Source of the DNA: Spirochaetia bacterium
GTDB lineage: Bacteria; Spirochaetota; Spirochaetia; CADAEX01
Direction of reading: 5' to 3'
Assembly (NCBI GenBank): GCA_963662795.1
Contig: OY759746.1
Span: 32,001 to 96,000, forward strand
Length of the DNA stretch: 64,000 bases
Shown: positions 38,120-47,689 of the stretch, piece after piece
Numbering within the stretch: position 1 is the first letter of the stretch
How the letters are laid out: each line of letters begins with the position of its first letter
Made by a program: the position numbers and the translations under genes
The notes under the pieces: generated by a model
Database searches by the model: none
What the model was told of the DNA's origin: nothing
Seen by the model: only the letters and a program-made list of their open reading frames with translations

Positions 38120-38650
38120 ATGAAAATTCCCCAAAAGGCAAAACCCTATTTCTACGGAGCACTTACTGGAGTGCTTTTAACTGCAAGCGCAGCCGTTACA
38201 GGACAGTTTTTCGGAACTTCAACGACTTTTCCCCGCCTCTCAACAAGATTACTCGATTTACTTGGCTTTGATTTGACTAAAACAGCATTTTACCAGGCAA
38301 ATGACGGGCTCTTTACAGCATCAGCGCTTCCTGACTGGCAGCTTTTGTTTGTCATCGGAATCGGAATCGGCGCTTTTCTGTCTTCAATTATATCGAAAAC
38401 CTTTAAACGGGAAGTGCTGCCTCCGATGTGGGAGGAGGATATGGGAAGTAAAAAGAGCAAAAGAATCATATTCTCACTCACAGGCGGGGCGCTGGCAATG
38501 CTTGGGGCACGGATAGCGGGCGGATGCCCCAGCGGCCACGGCATAAGCGGGATGAGCCAGCTTGGCGTAAGCAGCCTGATTGCCATGGTCATGTTTTTTA
38601 CAGGCGGAATCATTACAGCGAGGATTTTATACAGGGGAGGAAGATCATGA
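38120..38650 (+). CDS. YeeE/YedE-family sulfur-compound transporter, half 1
   Basis: 'FFGTSTTF', 'DWQLLFVIG..IGAFLS', 'GARIAGGCPSGHGISG'. Confidence 0.85.
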   Translation: MKIPQKAKPYFYGALTGVLLTASAAVTGQFFGTSTTFPRLSTRLLDLLGFDLTKTAFYQANDGLFTASALPDWQLLFVIGIGIGAFLSSIISKTFKREVLPPMWEEDMGSKKSKRIIFSLTGGALAMLGARIAGGCPSGHGISGMSQLGVSSLIAMVMFFTGGIITARILYRGGRS

Positions 38651-39171
38651 CGCTTTTTTACGGTCTTTTAACAGGCGCTTTATTCGGATTCTTCCTGCAG
38701 CAGGCCCAGGTTATCCGGTTTGAAAAACAGGTGGGTGCGTTGAAGCTGAAAGACATGGCCATAGTAAAGTTCATGCTCGCCGCAATTGTCACAGGCTCTA
38801 TCGGTATATACCTGCTATCGGATTTTGGAATCATCTCTTTCGCACCGCGGCAGCTGAGCCCCGCTCTTCAGATTACAGGCGGGCTGCTTTTCGGCACTGG
38901 CTGGGCAGTTATCGGCTACTGCCCCGGGACAAGTATCGCGGCTTTCGCTGAAGGAAGGTTTCACGCAATCTGGCCTATTCTTGGAATGCTGATCGGGGGA
39001 CTTATTTACGCATTTCTCTATCCCTGGATTGAAATATATCTGCGATATCCGGGTGAACTGATACCGGTCTCAATACCGCAGCTTCCTGGAGTAAGCCACT
39101 GGATAGTAATTGCTGCCATGGCAATCGGTGCTTTTTTTCTCTTCAGGTTTTTCGAGAAAAAAGGGCTTTGA
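38647..39171 (+). CDS. YeeE/YedE-family sulfur-compound transporter, half 2
   Basis: ATGA overlap with half 1; 'GALFGFFLQ', 'GGLLFGTGWAVIGYCPGT'. Confidence 0.85.
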   Translation: MTLFYGLLTGALFGFFLQQAQVIRFEKQVGALKLKDMAIVKFMLAAIVTGSIGIYLLSDFGIISFAPRQLSPALQITGGLLFGTGWAVIGYCPGTSIAAFAEGRFHAIWPILGMLIGGLIYAFLYPWIEIYLRYPGELIPVSIPQLPGVSHWIVIAAMAIGAFFLFRFFEKKGL

Positions 39172-39300
39172 TTAAGCAAATCCGGTTGTAGGGTATATGC
39201 TTGCCTCCTGCAATGAATATAACAGACGGGATACTGAAAGTACGTTAGCGCAACTCATGGGAAAATCCGGTATAAACAGCATGAGTGATAATTTATTATT

Positions 39301-39771
39301 TTACACAACCTTACCTATTATTACCGTATAATTTTTCCCGTATTTTTTTGCGCATTTCGGGCATGTCGTATACCACATAAACTGTCTGCTGATTTTTTTA
39401 CCGGCATCCCCTGCAAGTTTTTCAAAATTGCTGCACCATTTTCCTGTATCACTGAACGGGCCTTCATAGACTTTGCTGAAAAAATCACCGCTTAAAGTCA
39501 CGTTTTCCGCATCCCTGATTTCTTTATCAACAGCAAGATATATATCCATAATCCATTTTGAGGTATGATCAGATAACCCAAGCCCGTCAGGGATTGTCCC
39601 TCCCGAAGCCCTCACCTTTTTATCAAGACGTTTCATGACTGAGCCGAAATTAAGCGGTATATAAAAAAAAGTACACACTTTATCTTTGATGAATTTTTTA
39701 TTTTCCCAGTGATGTGTTTTCCCGTCCCATGGCACCGGATCGAATTCCAGACAGCATATTTCCTCTTCCAT
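39301..39771 (-). CDS. Conserved small Cys-containing protein (GyrI-like fold, often labelled 'hydrolase')
   Basis: 'CCLEFDP..WD', 'SKVYEGPF', 'YTTCPKCAKKYGKNY'; GAGGAG RBS. Confidence 0.7.
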   Translation of the reverse strand: MEEEICCLEFDPVPWDGKTHHWENKKFIKDKVCTFFYIPLNFGSVMKRLDKKVRASGGTIPDGLGLSDHTSKWIMDIYLAVDKEIRDAENVTLSGDFFSKVYEGPFSDTGKWCSNFEKLAGDAGKKISRQFMWYTTCPKCAKKYGKNYTVIIGKVV

Positions 39772-40022
39772 ATAACTCTCCTCTATTTGATATAATTTAT
39801 TATCATATATTTTTCAATGTTTTTTTGTCCTTCAGGTCATTAACCGGAACAGCCGCTTGAAGAGTAACAGATCCATCTATTTTCGCAGCTTTATGCCGGT
39901 CGCCAATTTTAATGCAGAAGATAATTTAACTGTTACCAGTTAAAAAATAGTTTCTATTATATTTGCCTATAAATATAATATGACTGATTAAATAATCAGC
40001 CATATTATTACTCACGATTAAC

Positions 40023-40055
40023 AGGCAGAAATATTAAGTGGTAATGTTTCTGCCT
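40023..40055. terminator. Hairpin at the 3' end of the small membrane gene
   Basis: AGGCAGAAATATTA / TAATGTTTCTGCCT 14-bp inverted repeat with one mismatch. Confidence 0.55.
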
Positions 40056-40305
40056 ATTCTTTTTTTACCGGCGGTGTTGCCTGATTAAAAAAACCTACTG
40101 TGCCCAGAATAAGGGCAATAAGCACAACAAGAAGCATAATTATCCATATCTTAACTGTCAGGACATAAAAAATAAAATAGAATATTCCGAATACCGCAGC
40201 CGTAATAACAAGGTATGTTATCCACCAGACCCAGATGGGTTTTCCTGATAAAAATGCTGACAGTTTTGATTCAATAGCATTTTTTGTATTTTCAACTTCT
40301 TTCAT
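40054..40305 (-). CDS. Small two-TM membrane protein
   Basis: GGAGG RBS before ATG 40305 (MKEV...); two hydrophobic helices. Confidence 0.65.
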   Translation of the reverse strand: MKEVENTKNAIESKLSAFLSGKPIWVWWITYLVITAAVFGIFYFIFYVLTVKIWIIMLLVVLIALILGTVGFFNQATPPVKKE

Positions 40306-40467
40306 AAATCCTCCTGAATTTATCCACTCAATAATAATATAATGCAATAATCCCCATTTTTCAAATTCTTATGTATATATGGACGGAGAGGAAAAATAAT
40401 AAACTTTTTCTGGAATTAGGATAAAAAGCAACTATAATTATTTACAAGTCTTAAATTAATTTTTATT

Positions 40468-40487
40468 AAAAGTGATAATCATTATTG
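40468..40487 (+). promoter_or_regulatory. Fur-box-like operator upstream of the ABC importer
   Basis: AAAAGTGATAATCATTATT matches GATAATGATAATCATTATC at 15/19 positions, 13 of them contiguous. Confidence 0.55.
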
Positions 40488-40564
40488 TTTTGTTACAATT
40501 TGAATAATATCATGGTTTAATATTGAATATTTAAAATTTATATATTTTAAAATGGAGGAATAAA

Positions 40565-41809
40565 ATGAAAAAGATTTCAGTAATCGCACTGTTTTTTCTC
40601 ATTTTAGGTTCATCTGCTTTCGCAGGCGGATCAAAAGAGAAAATCGGCGGTTCAGATTATCCGGCGGCAATGGATGCCTGGGCAAAAGAGGCAAAACTCG
40701 GCAAGTATGATAAAAATCAGGACTGGGATGAAATTATTGCCAAGGCCAAACAGGAAGGGGAAGTTGTCGTATATTCTGCATCTTCCAGAATGGCGGCAGT
40801 AGGGGAAGCATTCACAAAGAAATATCCTGAAATCAAGGTTACAGCTTATGATCTTGGTTCTGTAAAGACATTTGAAAAGACAGTCGGAGAACAGGACGCA
40901 GGTATTTTTAACGCGGATATCGTAACAACAGGAGGCAGCGGCGATTTTATTTATGATCTTCTGGCAAACCACCGGGTTGTTAATTTTGTGCCGTCAATGT
41001 ACGCCAAAGTAATACCTAAAGAATATCAGGAACCGGCTTTAATCCGCATAATGGAAGCAATAGTATTTATGTACAATACTGAAGTCCATTCCGCGCCTCC
41101 CATCAAGAACCTTTGGGAACTTACAGAACCCAAATATAAAGGGAAAGTAGTTATTAAAGACCCGCTCGGTTCCTACTCAAACCTCATGGGAATCGCAACA
41201 ATAGTAGGGCACCCTGAAGAGATGGAAAAAGCATACAAAAAAATGACCGGAAAGAATCTGGTTTTAAGCCCCGGTGTTGAGAATGCAGGCTATGAATGGC
41301 TTTACAGGCTTCTTCACAACGACCTTATAATACTCGAATCCGGAGGAAAGGTTACAGGTTCATCCGGCAAGAAAGGGCAGAAAGATCCACCGATTTCAAT
41401 CACTTCATTTACCTACTACCGCTATAACCAGACTAATGACTATATCAACGGTATTGTATATCCGATTGAACCATCAGACGGCGTAATATACCCGACCTAT
41501 ACAGCAATAGCAAGGCAGGCCCCGCATCCCAACGCATCAAAACTCTTTACGGCATTCATGCTCGGCGACCCTTCAATTACACTCGATACAGTTATTGATG
41601 AACCTTATACAGAGGGTAAATCACTTGAACTGCTTCAGGGACTGGCTCCCTATTATGAAGTCGGCTCCATGAGCCCGCGGACCAATGTTCCCCTTCCGAA
41701 GGGAGGAGAAGAATGGGGTAAAATGAAGATGTGGGTTGTTGATCCTGAGTTTATGTGGTTTAACGGGCCAAAGGTACAGGACTTCTGGATCAAGGAAGTA
41801 GCAAAATAA
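40565..41809 (+). CDS. ABC solute-binding protein, FbpA/AfuA-like class
   Basis: Signal 'SAFAGGSKE', 'AKQEGEVVVYS', 'NLWELTEPKYKGKV', 'APHPNASKLF'. Confidence 0.85.
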   Translation: MKKISVIALFFLILGSSAFAGGSKEKIGGSDYPAAMDAWAKEAKLGKYDKNQDWDEIIAKAKQEGEVVVYSASSRMAAVGEAFTKKYPEIKVTAYDLGSVKTFEKTVGEQDAGIFNADIVTTGGSGDFIYDLLANHRVVNFVPSMYAKVIPKEYQEPALIRIMEAIVFMYNTEVHSAPPIKNLWELTEPKYKGKVVIKDPLGSYSNLMGIATIVGHPEEMEKAYKKMTGKNLVLSPGVENAGYEWLYRLLHNDLIILESGGKVTGSSGKKGQKDPPISITSFTYYRYNQTNDYINGIVYPIEPSDGVIYPTYTAIARQAPHPNASKLFTAFMLGDPSITLDTVIDEPYTEGKSLELLQGLAPYYEVGSMSPRTNVPLPKGGEEWGKMKMWVVDPEFMWFNGPKVQDFWIKEVAK

Positions 41810-41830
41810 TTTAATTCTTTACAGTTACAG

Positions 41831-41862
41831 GCAGGGGTGCCTTTCCGGCATCCCTGCTTTTT
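41831..41862 (+). terminator. Intercistronic stem-loop after the binding-protein gene (mRNA stabiliser or partial terminator)
   Basis: GCAGGGGTGCC-TTTCC-GGCATCCCTGC followed by TTTTT. Confidence 0.7.
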
Positions 41863-41893
41863 AAGCAGCAGGGGAAAAGAGCAGGGGATACTT

Positions 41894-43693
41894 ATGCAGA
41901 ATACTTTAAAATTTTACACGGCAAAACTTAAATCAAAACCGGAACTGATACTTTCATTTATATTTATTGCAGTCTTTTCATTTTTGATAGTTGTCCCGTT
42001 CCTTAAAATGATTTATACAACCTTAACCTACCAGACTTATGACCTTCGCCTGGCAAGAGGTGCTGTTAAAGGTGCATTTACCCTGTTCCATTACCAAAGG
42101 GTTTTTGCAAGTGATTTAACCAAAGCGTTTTTTATTACACCTTTTATCAACAGTATCTATGTAGGGTTCAGTGTAACAATTATAGCTATGATTATCGGAT
42201 CTCTACTTGCCTGGCTTTTTGTAAGAACAGATATTCCGTACAAGAAATTCTTTCAGACAATCATTGTTGTTCCCTATATGATCCCTTCATGGGTTATCGC
42301 GCTTGCGTGGCTGCTGTTTTTTCAGAACTCAAGGATCGGCGGCAAATCAGGGGTCTTAAGCATTTTTTTCGGGATAAACGTTCCTGACTGGCTTTCCTAT
42401 GGATTTGTACCGACAGTAATATGCCTTGCCCTGCACTACTATTCATATACATTTCTGCTGATGTCAGGTGCGCTCAGGACTATTGATTCGGAGCTTGAAG
42501 AAGCCGGCGCAATTGCAGGATTAAAAAGGAGAGATGTTCTTAAGAAAATAACATTTCCCCTGGTTCTTCCTGCACTCGGATCCTCCTTTGTCCTTACTGT
42601 AACAAGAAGCATGGGAACATTCGGAACTCCGGCCCTCCTTGGGCTCCCTGTCCGTTTTTTCACACTCCCTACGCAGATTTATGCAATGATAAATTCCAGG
42701 AACATGGGCGACAGTTTTGTTCTTGCCCTTGTTCTTATAGTTCTTGCCTTTACAGCTATTTCAATCAACAACAGAATAATCGGTGTGCGTAAAAGTTTTG
42801 TTACGATGAAGGGAAAGGGGTTCAGGGCCAATCCCATGAAACTCGGGAAGGCAAAGCCTGTTCTTCTTGCCGTCTTGTTTATATTTATTTTACTGATTAT
42901 TGTACTGCCGATTGTAATGCTCACATGGAGTACCTTTATGCGGCAGGCGGATAATTACTCGCCATCCAACCTGACAAGCCACTTCTGGATTGGGGAGAGC
43001 GATGCCCAGATTTCAAGCGGAGAACCCGGGATTTTCAGAAACAGGGGTATTCTCAGGGCTACCCTTAACTCAATAAAACTGGGAATATCAGCATCTGTGA
43101 TAAATGCCCTTCTGGGGCTGCTTATAGGTTATTCTGTTGTGAAAAACAGGGGTACAAGGTTATCCAAAATCATCGAAGGGGTTGCTTTTGCCCCGTATGT
43201 GTTTCCGGGAATAGCGTTCAGCGCAATATATCTGGGGATGTTTTCAAAATCTTTCGGACCGATTCCGGCCCTCTACGGGACATTCAGCCTGATACTGCTT
43301 ATAGTTATAGTAAAAAACCTGCCGTTTTCCTCAAGATCAGGAATTGCGGCAATGCTTCAGGTGGATAAATCACTAGAGGAAACAGCCAGCATACAGGGAA
43401 TTCCCTGGTTTAAGCGTTTCCGGCTTATCATTCTTCCGTTATGCAAAAGCGGATTTATTTCAGGGATGCTTTTAACATTTATTACGTCAATGAGGGAACT
43501 TTCCCTTGTAATTCTCCTTGTCGCTCCGACAACCGGGCTCTTAACAACAGTCATATTCAGCTACAAGACACAGGAGCAGACCCAGCATGTCAACGGCGTC
43601 ACGCTGATGCTGCTGGTAATAATAATTATTGCAAATATCCTTATTAAATTATTTGCGAATATAAAAAATGAACAATCAATCAATCTGGGGTAA
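41894..43693 (+). CDS. ABC permease, FbpB/AfuB-like (two fused domains)
   Basis: Two EAA loops, 'IDSELEEAGAIAG' and 'VDKSLEETASIQG'; start moved to ATG 41894. Confidence 0.9.
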   Translation: MQNTLKFYTAKLKSKPELILSFIFIAVFSFLIVVPFLKMIYTTLTYQTYDLRLARGAVKGAFTLFHYQRVFASDLTKAFFITPFINSIYVGFSVTIIAMIIGSLLAWLFVRTDIPYKKFFQTIIVVPYMIPSWVIALAWLLFFQNSRIGGKSGVLSIFFGINVPDWLSYGFVPTVICLALHYYSYTFLLMSGALRTIDSELEEAGAIAGLKRRDVLKKITFPLVLPALGSSFVLTVTRSMGTFGTPALLGLPVRFFTLPTQIYAMINSRNMGDSFVLALVLIVLAFTAISINNRIIGVRKSFVTMKGKGFRANPMKLGKAKPVLLAVLFIFILLIIVLPIVMLTWSTFMRQADNYSPSNLTSHFWIGESDAQISSGEPGIFRNRGILRATLNSIKLGISASVINALLGLLIGYSVVKNRGTRLSKIIEGVAFAPYVFPGIAFSAIYLGMFSKSFGPIPALYGTFSLILLIVIVKNLPFSSRSGIAAMLQVDKSLEETASIQGIPWFKRFRLIILPLCKSGFISGMLLTFITSMRELSLVILLVAPTTGLLTTVIFSYKTQEQTQHVNGVTLMLLVIIIIANILIKLFANIKNEQSINLG

Positions 43694-43696
43694 AAA

Positions 43697-44797
43697 ATGA
43701 GCAAAATAAGTCTTAAAGGAATATCTAAAAATTACGGAAAGGTTGCCGCTGTAGATAATATAGATCTCGAAGTTGTTAAAGGGGAATTCCTGACTCTTCT
43801 CGGTCCTTCCGGCTGCGGCAAGACAACCACCCTCCGGATGATGGCGGGCCTTGAGGATCCTACTTCCGGGGAACTGATGACGGAAGATAATGTCCTTTAT
43901 TCTAAGGAAAAAGGGATATATGTACCTCCTGAGATGAGAAACATGGGCTTTATGTTTCAAAGTTATGCGCTATGGCCTCATATGAATGTGACAAAAAATA
44001 TAACGCTTGGCCTTGAATCAAAAAAAATCCCCGCCGTGGAAATAAAATCCAGGGTATCGGATGTCCTTGAGAAAGTTCAGCTTACCGGATATGAAGAGCG
44101 CTTCCCCTCAGAGCTGTCAGGCGGACAGCAGCAGCGGGTAGCCCTTGCCAGAATGATTGCCGCAAAATCAGATATATTTCTTATGGATGAGCCGCTCTCT
44201 AATCTTGATGCTATGCTTAGAATTGACATGAGAAGCAAGCTCAAGCACCTCCACAGGGAAGTTGGCGCGACAACAATTTATGTTACGCATGACCAGGTTG
44301 AGGCTTTGACACTTTCAGACAGGATAGTGGTAATGAATAAGGGTAAAATACTGCAGTGCGATACCCCGGAGATGATATATAAAAAACCCGGAGACCTTTT
44401 TGTGGCGAAGTTTGTCGGCAGCCCTGTAATAAATCTTTTAAAAGGCAAGGTTGAAAGGAAAGGGGAAATATTGTCATTTATCAACAATGACATCTCTCTT
44501 GAACTCAGCAGGATACCTGAAAGCGCAGATTTAAGCGGAGAAGTGATAGCTGCAGTCAGGGCAGAGGATATCACACTCGCAAAATCCCCGGCAGGCAAAC
44601 CGGGTCAGCCGTTCAATGTTTATTCAGTTCTTCCGGTAGGAAGCGAGACAATTGTCGCAATAAAAAGAGGCGCGATAGAACTTGTAATCAAGCTTTCAGG
44701 TTTCGCCAATATAGAGGTTGATGACAGTCTTGAGATAGAGATCAAGTCTCACAAGATTTCTTTTTATAACCCGGAAACTGAAAAACTGATATTTTAG
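43697..44797 (+). CDS. ABC ATP-binding protein, FbpC/PotA-like with TOBE domain
   Basis: GPSGCGKT, 'FQSYALWPHM', LSGGQQQR, 'MDEPLSNLD', 'YVTHDQ'. Confidence 0.93.
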   Translation: MSKISLKGISKNYGKVAAVDNIDLEVVKGEFLTLLGPSGCGKTTTLRMMAGLEDPTSGELMTEDNVLYSKEKGIYVPPEMRNMGFMFQSYALWPHMNVTKNITLGLESKKIPAVEIKSRVSDVLEKVQLTGYEERFPSELSGGQQQRVALARMIAAKSDIFLMDEPLSNLDAMLRIDMRSKLKHLHREVGATTIYVTHDQVEALTLSDRIVVMNKGKILQCDTPEMIYKKPGDLFVAKFVGSPVINLLKGKVERKGEILSFINNDISLELSRIPESADLSGEVIAAVRAEDITLAKSPAGKPGQPFNVYSVLPVGSETIVAIKRGAIELVIKLSGFANIEVDDSLEIEIKSHKISFYNPETEKLIF

Positions 44798-44818
44798 CGG
44801 TCAGGGACTGCTTTTTAA

Positions 44819-44846
44819 TTGCAGGAATAATCAATCTCTGTATAAT
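44819..44846 (+). promoter_or_regulatory. Promoter directly upstream of the ATG (probable leaderless transcript)
   Basis: TTGCAG-16 bp-TATAAT; ATG 7 nt after the -10; no RBS. Confidence 0.5.
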
Positions 44847-44853
44847 TATTAAT

Positions 44854-45531
44854 ATGAATAAAAAAAATATAATAGCAGCAGTATCAGCACTGCTGTTATT
44901 ATCCATAGTTTTTTTCACTTCAGTTTATGTTTTTTCACCTGCCGGAGAGCTTCAGCATCTGAATAATGTAGAAGTAAGAGAATACGAAGGAGAGAACCTT
45001 TCCCTTATTACTGATTTCAGGAACAATTCCATCAGGGGAACACCGGATATAAATATTAAAAAATACAGACTTGAAATTGATGGCCTTGTTTCGGAAAAAA
45101 AATCTTTAAAATATAAGAATGTACTTAAATATATTAATTATTCAAAGGTTGTAACTCTCAATTGCGTGGAAGGCTGGAGTGTGAACATTCTCTGGGAAGG
45201 GGTGCTCTTAAAAGACCTTTTAAATGATGCCGGAATAAAACCTGAAACCAGAACAGTTATCTTCCATGCAGCAGACGGCTACAGCTCTTCCCTTCCCCTT
45301 GATTATGTTCTAGACAGGAATATCATTCTTGCCTGGAAAATAAACGGTATACCGCTTCCGCCTGACAGAGGATTTCCTTTTCAGGTTATAGCTGAAGACA
45401 AATGGGGATATAAATGGGTCAGATGGGTTACAGGAATTGAGCTTTCAGAAAATGCTGATTACAGGGGTTACTGGGAAAAGGCCGGATATAACATTAAAGG
45501 GGATTTAAGCGGCCCAAAACTTGCCGATTGA
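44854..45531 (+). CDS. Molybdopterin-dependent oxidoreductase, sulfite oxidase/MsrP-like domain
   Basis: 'YRLEIDGLV', Mo-ligand Cys in 'LNCVEGWS', 'ADGYSSSLP', 'GFPFQV', 'GYKWVRWV..IE', 'GYWEKAGY'; N-terminal hydrophobic anchor. Confidence 0.88.
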   Translation: MNKKNIIAAVSALLLLSIVFFTSVYVFSPAGELQHLNNVEVREYEGENLSLITDFRNNSIRGTPDINIKKYRLEIDGLVSEKKSLKYKNVLKYINYSKVVTLNCVEGWSVNILWEGVLLKDLLNDAGIKPETRTVIFHAADGYSSSLPLDYVLDRNIILAWKINGIPLPPDRGFPFQVIAEDKWGYKWVRWVTGIELSENADYRGYWEKAGYNIKGDLSGPKLAD

Positions 45532-45576
45532 ATCACTGCCTTCAGATTATAATTTATTACAGATTCTCTTGTTTTT

Positions 45577-46791
45577 TCAGGAACCGGTAAAACCTGCTTT
45601 TGTCTTTTCTCCCCTCCACCATATGAGAATCGGAAGGACAGCCGCGAAAAGCAAAAATCCTCCTGAGATAAATGCCGCACCGAGACTGAATGCCTGGGCA
45701 ATGATGCCGAAAAAGAGCGGATTTATCAGCTGGGCAAGGCGGTTTCCCGTAAGCCTTATTCCCATCGCAACTCCCCTGTCTTCCGGTTTTACCCCTTCCG
45801 ATACTGTTGCCATTGAAAGAGGCAGGGCAAGACCGAGACCTATCCCGATAAAAACAGAGTTAATAATCAGCAGGAAATGACCTTTACAGAAAGGCGTACT
45901 GCCTATACCGGCGGAGAGGATAAAAATACTTATAATCAGCGCGGGGAATCTTCCACCGGCTTTTTTTACAATTGCCGGCATATAAAACCTCACAGAAACT
46001 GACGTCAGCGCCCGCAATGACATATAAACACCAATAACTGTAGCTGAATATCCGAATTGCTTTAGCATAACCGGATAAAACGTCAGGCGTGCTCCATCGG
46101 CAAACAGGACTGCAAAACTTGCCAGTATGGCAATCAAAACATAAACCGATACCAACTCTCTGATCCCTTTCTTCTTTTTTTTACCTCCGGCACCGGTTTT
46201 ATCCGCAGTGTTTATTTTTCCGGAATAAAGCCTGCCGGGAAAAACAAATATTATTAATGCCATTGAGAGCGCTATAACAGTCCAGGTCAGGCGGTGTCCG
46301 ACAGTATCAATCAATCCGCCTGCAATTGCAGGGCCGGCCATCTGCCCAAGAGCTCCCGCAGTCCCGTACCAGCCGAAATCGCTGTTAAGGTCCCGCCCTT
46401 CTCCCAGACTTCCAACATGTGACTGTGCGCCGAGAAAAAAAAGCAGTTTTCCTATCTCAAGAAAAAAAAGGCCGGCGACAAGACCTTTAACATTTGGAAA
46501 AACTGTTATTACAACACAGGCAGCCGTATATAGTATTCCCGCCCTCTGCATCATAAGCCTTGAACCCCAGGTGTTAATTAGAAATCCGCCCGGTACCGCA
46601 AGCAGAAGAGAGCCCACTGTGCTGAAGCTTATTATAATTCCTATAAGTCCCGGAGGTATTTGAAGATGAACAAGATGCAGCGGTATGAGCGGGCTTGCCA
46701 TTGAAAAAACACAGGTGGCAAATCCTGAACAAATGCATAAAAATAAAAGCTCACGGCTGCCGGGATAGTCTGATGAACTGCTGCTTTTCAT
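45577..46791 (-). CDS. MFS transporter
   Basis: About 12 TM helices; 'GGLIDTVG', 'EDRGVAMG'. Confidence 0.85.
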   Translation of the reverse strand: MKSSSSSDYPGSRELLFLCICSGFATCVFSMASPLIPLHLVHLQIPPGLIGIIISFSTVGSLLLAVPGGFLINTWGSRLMMQRAGILYTAACVVITVFPNVKGLVAGLFFLEIGKLLFFLGAQSHVGSLGEGRDLNSDFGWYGTAGALGQMAGPAIAGGLIDTVGHRLTWTVIALSMALIIFVFPGRLYSGKINTADKTGAGGKKKKKGIRELVSVYVLIAILASFAVLFADGARLTFYPVMLKQFGYSATVIGVYMSLRALTSVSVRFYMPAIVKKAGGRFPALIISIFILSAGIGSTPFCKGHFLLIINSVFIGIGLGLALPLSMATVSEGVKPEDRGVAMGIRLTGNRLAQLINPLFFGIIAQAFSLGAAFISGGFLLFAAVLPILIWWRGEKTKAGFTGS

Positions 46792-46822
46792 AAACTTATT
46801 AAACCACAGGGATTAAGATCTT

Positions 46823-47689
46823 TCATTTTTTTTTACTGAGAAACTTATAAACAGCTGAAAAATCTTCTCTTCCGAAACCGCTTTTTTTTGCATCAGCATA
46901 GATTTCCTTGGCAATATTTACAGAATACAAGGGTTGATTGTTTTCATATGCAGTCAAGGCTGCCAGATGCAGGTCTTTGTGCATCCATTCGAGAGGGAAC
47001 TGCAGCTCATATTTATCTGCACGAATCATTTCAGCTTTTGCTTTTGTGAAAGGGGCGGAAACAGGCAGGGTTGGTAATGTATCAAGTAAAAAATCTTTAG
47101 ATAAACCCAGTCTTTCTCCAAGCAATAGAGTTTCGGAAAAAATCAGCATGGATTGAGCAAGAAGTGAATTTACCAGCATCTTCAATGATGTACCCTTACC
47201 TGTATCTCCTGCGTTAATTATTTTATTTCCCATGTATTTCAGGTAAGGTTCAATTTCCGAAATATTATGGGCTTCTCCTCCTGTAAAAAAAACGAGTTCC
47301 CCTTTTTCTGCATTGGGCTTTGAACCTGCGACCGGGGCGTCAATAAAACGCACTTTATGTTTTGCGGCGGTTTTTGAACATAAAAGTGAAAAAGATGGAT
47401 TTACGGTAGAACAGTCTGTCCATATGGCATTTTCTTTCATTCCTGAAATAAACCCGGTATCTGAAAGAGCTACCTGGGCAACAGCTTCAGGAGTAGAGAG
47501 CATTGTAAAAACAATATCAGCATTTTTTACCGCATCAGCACATGAGACAGCCTTTATTGCGCCATCCCCGGCAAGTTTATCGGAAGGACCCGCTGAACGG
47601 TTAAAAACAGTAAGCGGAACATTATTTTTCAGCAAATTTGCCGCCATGCGGCTCCCCATAATCCCCAGTCCTATAAATGTTACTTTCAT
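46823..47689 (-). CDS. NAD(P)-dependent beta-hydroxyacid dehydrogenase (3-hydroxyisobutyrate dehydrogenase/glyoxylate reductase family)
   Basis: 'FIGLGIMG', 'DCSTV', 'DAPVAGS', 'KMLVN', 'KDLHLA'. Confidence 0.9.
   Translation of the reverse strand: MKVTFIGLGIMGSRMAANLLKNNVPLTVFNRSAGPSDKLAGDGAIKAVSCADAVKNADIVFTMLSTPEAVAQVALSDTGFISGMKENAIWTDCSTVNPSFSLLCSKTAAKHKVRFIDAPVAGSKPNAEKGELVFFTGGEAHNISEIEPYLKYMGNKIINAGDTGKGTSLKMLVNSLLAQSMLIFSETLLLGERLGLSKDFLLDTLPTLPVSAPFTKAKAEMIRADKYELQFPLEWMHKDLHLAALTAYENNQPLYSVNIAKEIYADAKKSGFGREDFSAVYKFLSKKK

Noticed and set aside
39820-39945. GC-richer patch in the intergenic gap that might be a gene remnant
   Set aside because: The short open frames on both strands have no start/RBS or recognisable motif
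38120-45531. Selenocysteine recoding in the YeeE/YedE, CxxC or Moco proteins
   Set aside because: The relevant Cys positions are ordinary Cys codons; there is no in-frame TGA at conserved positions
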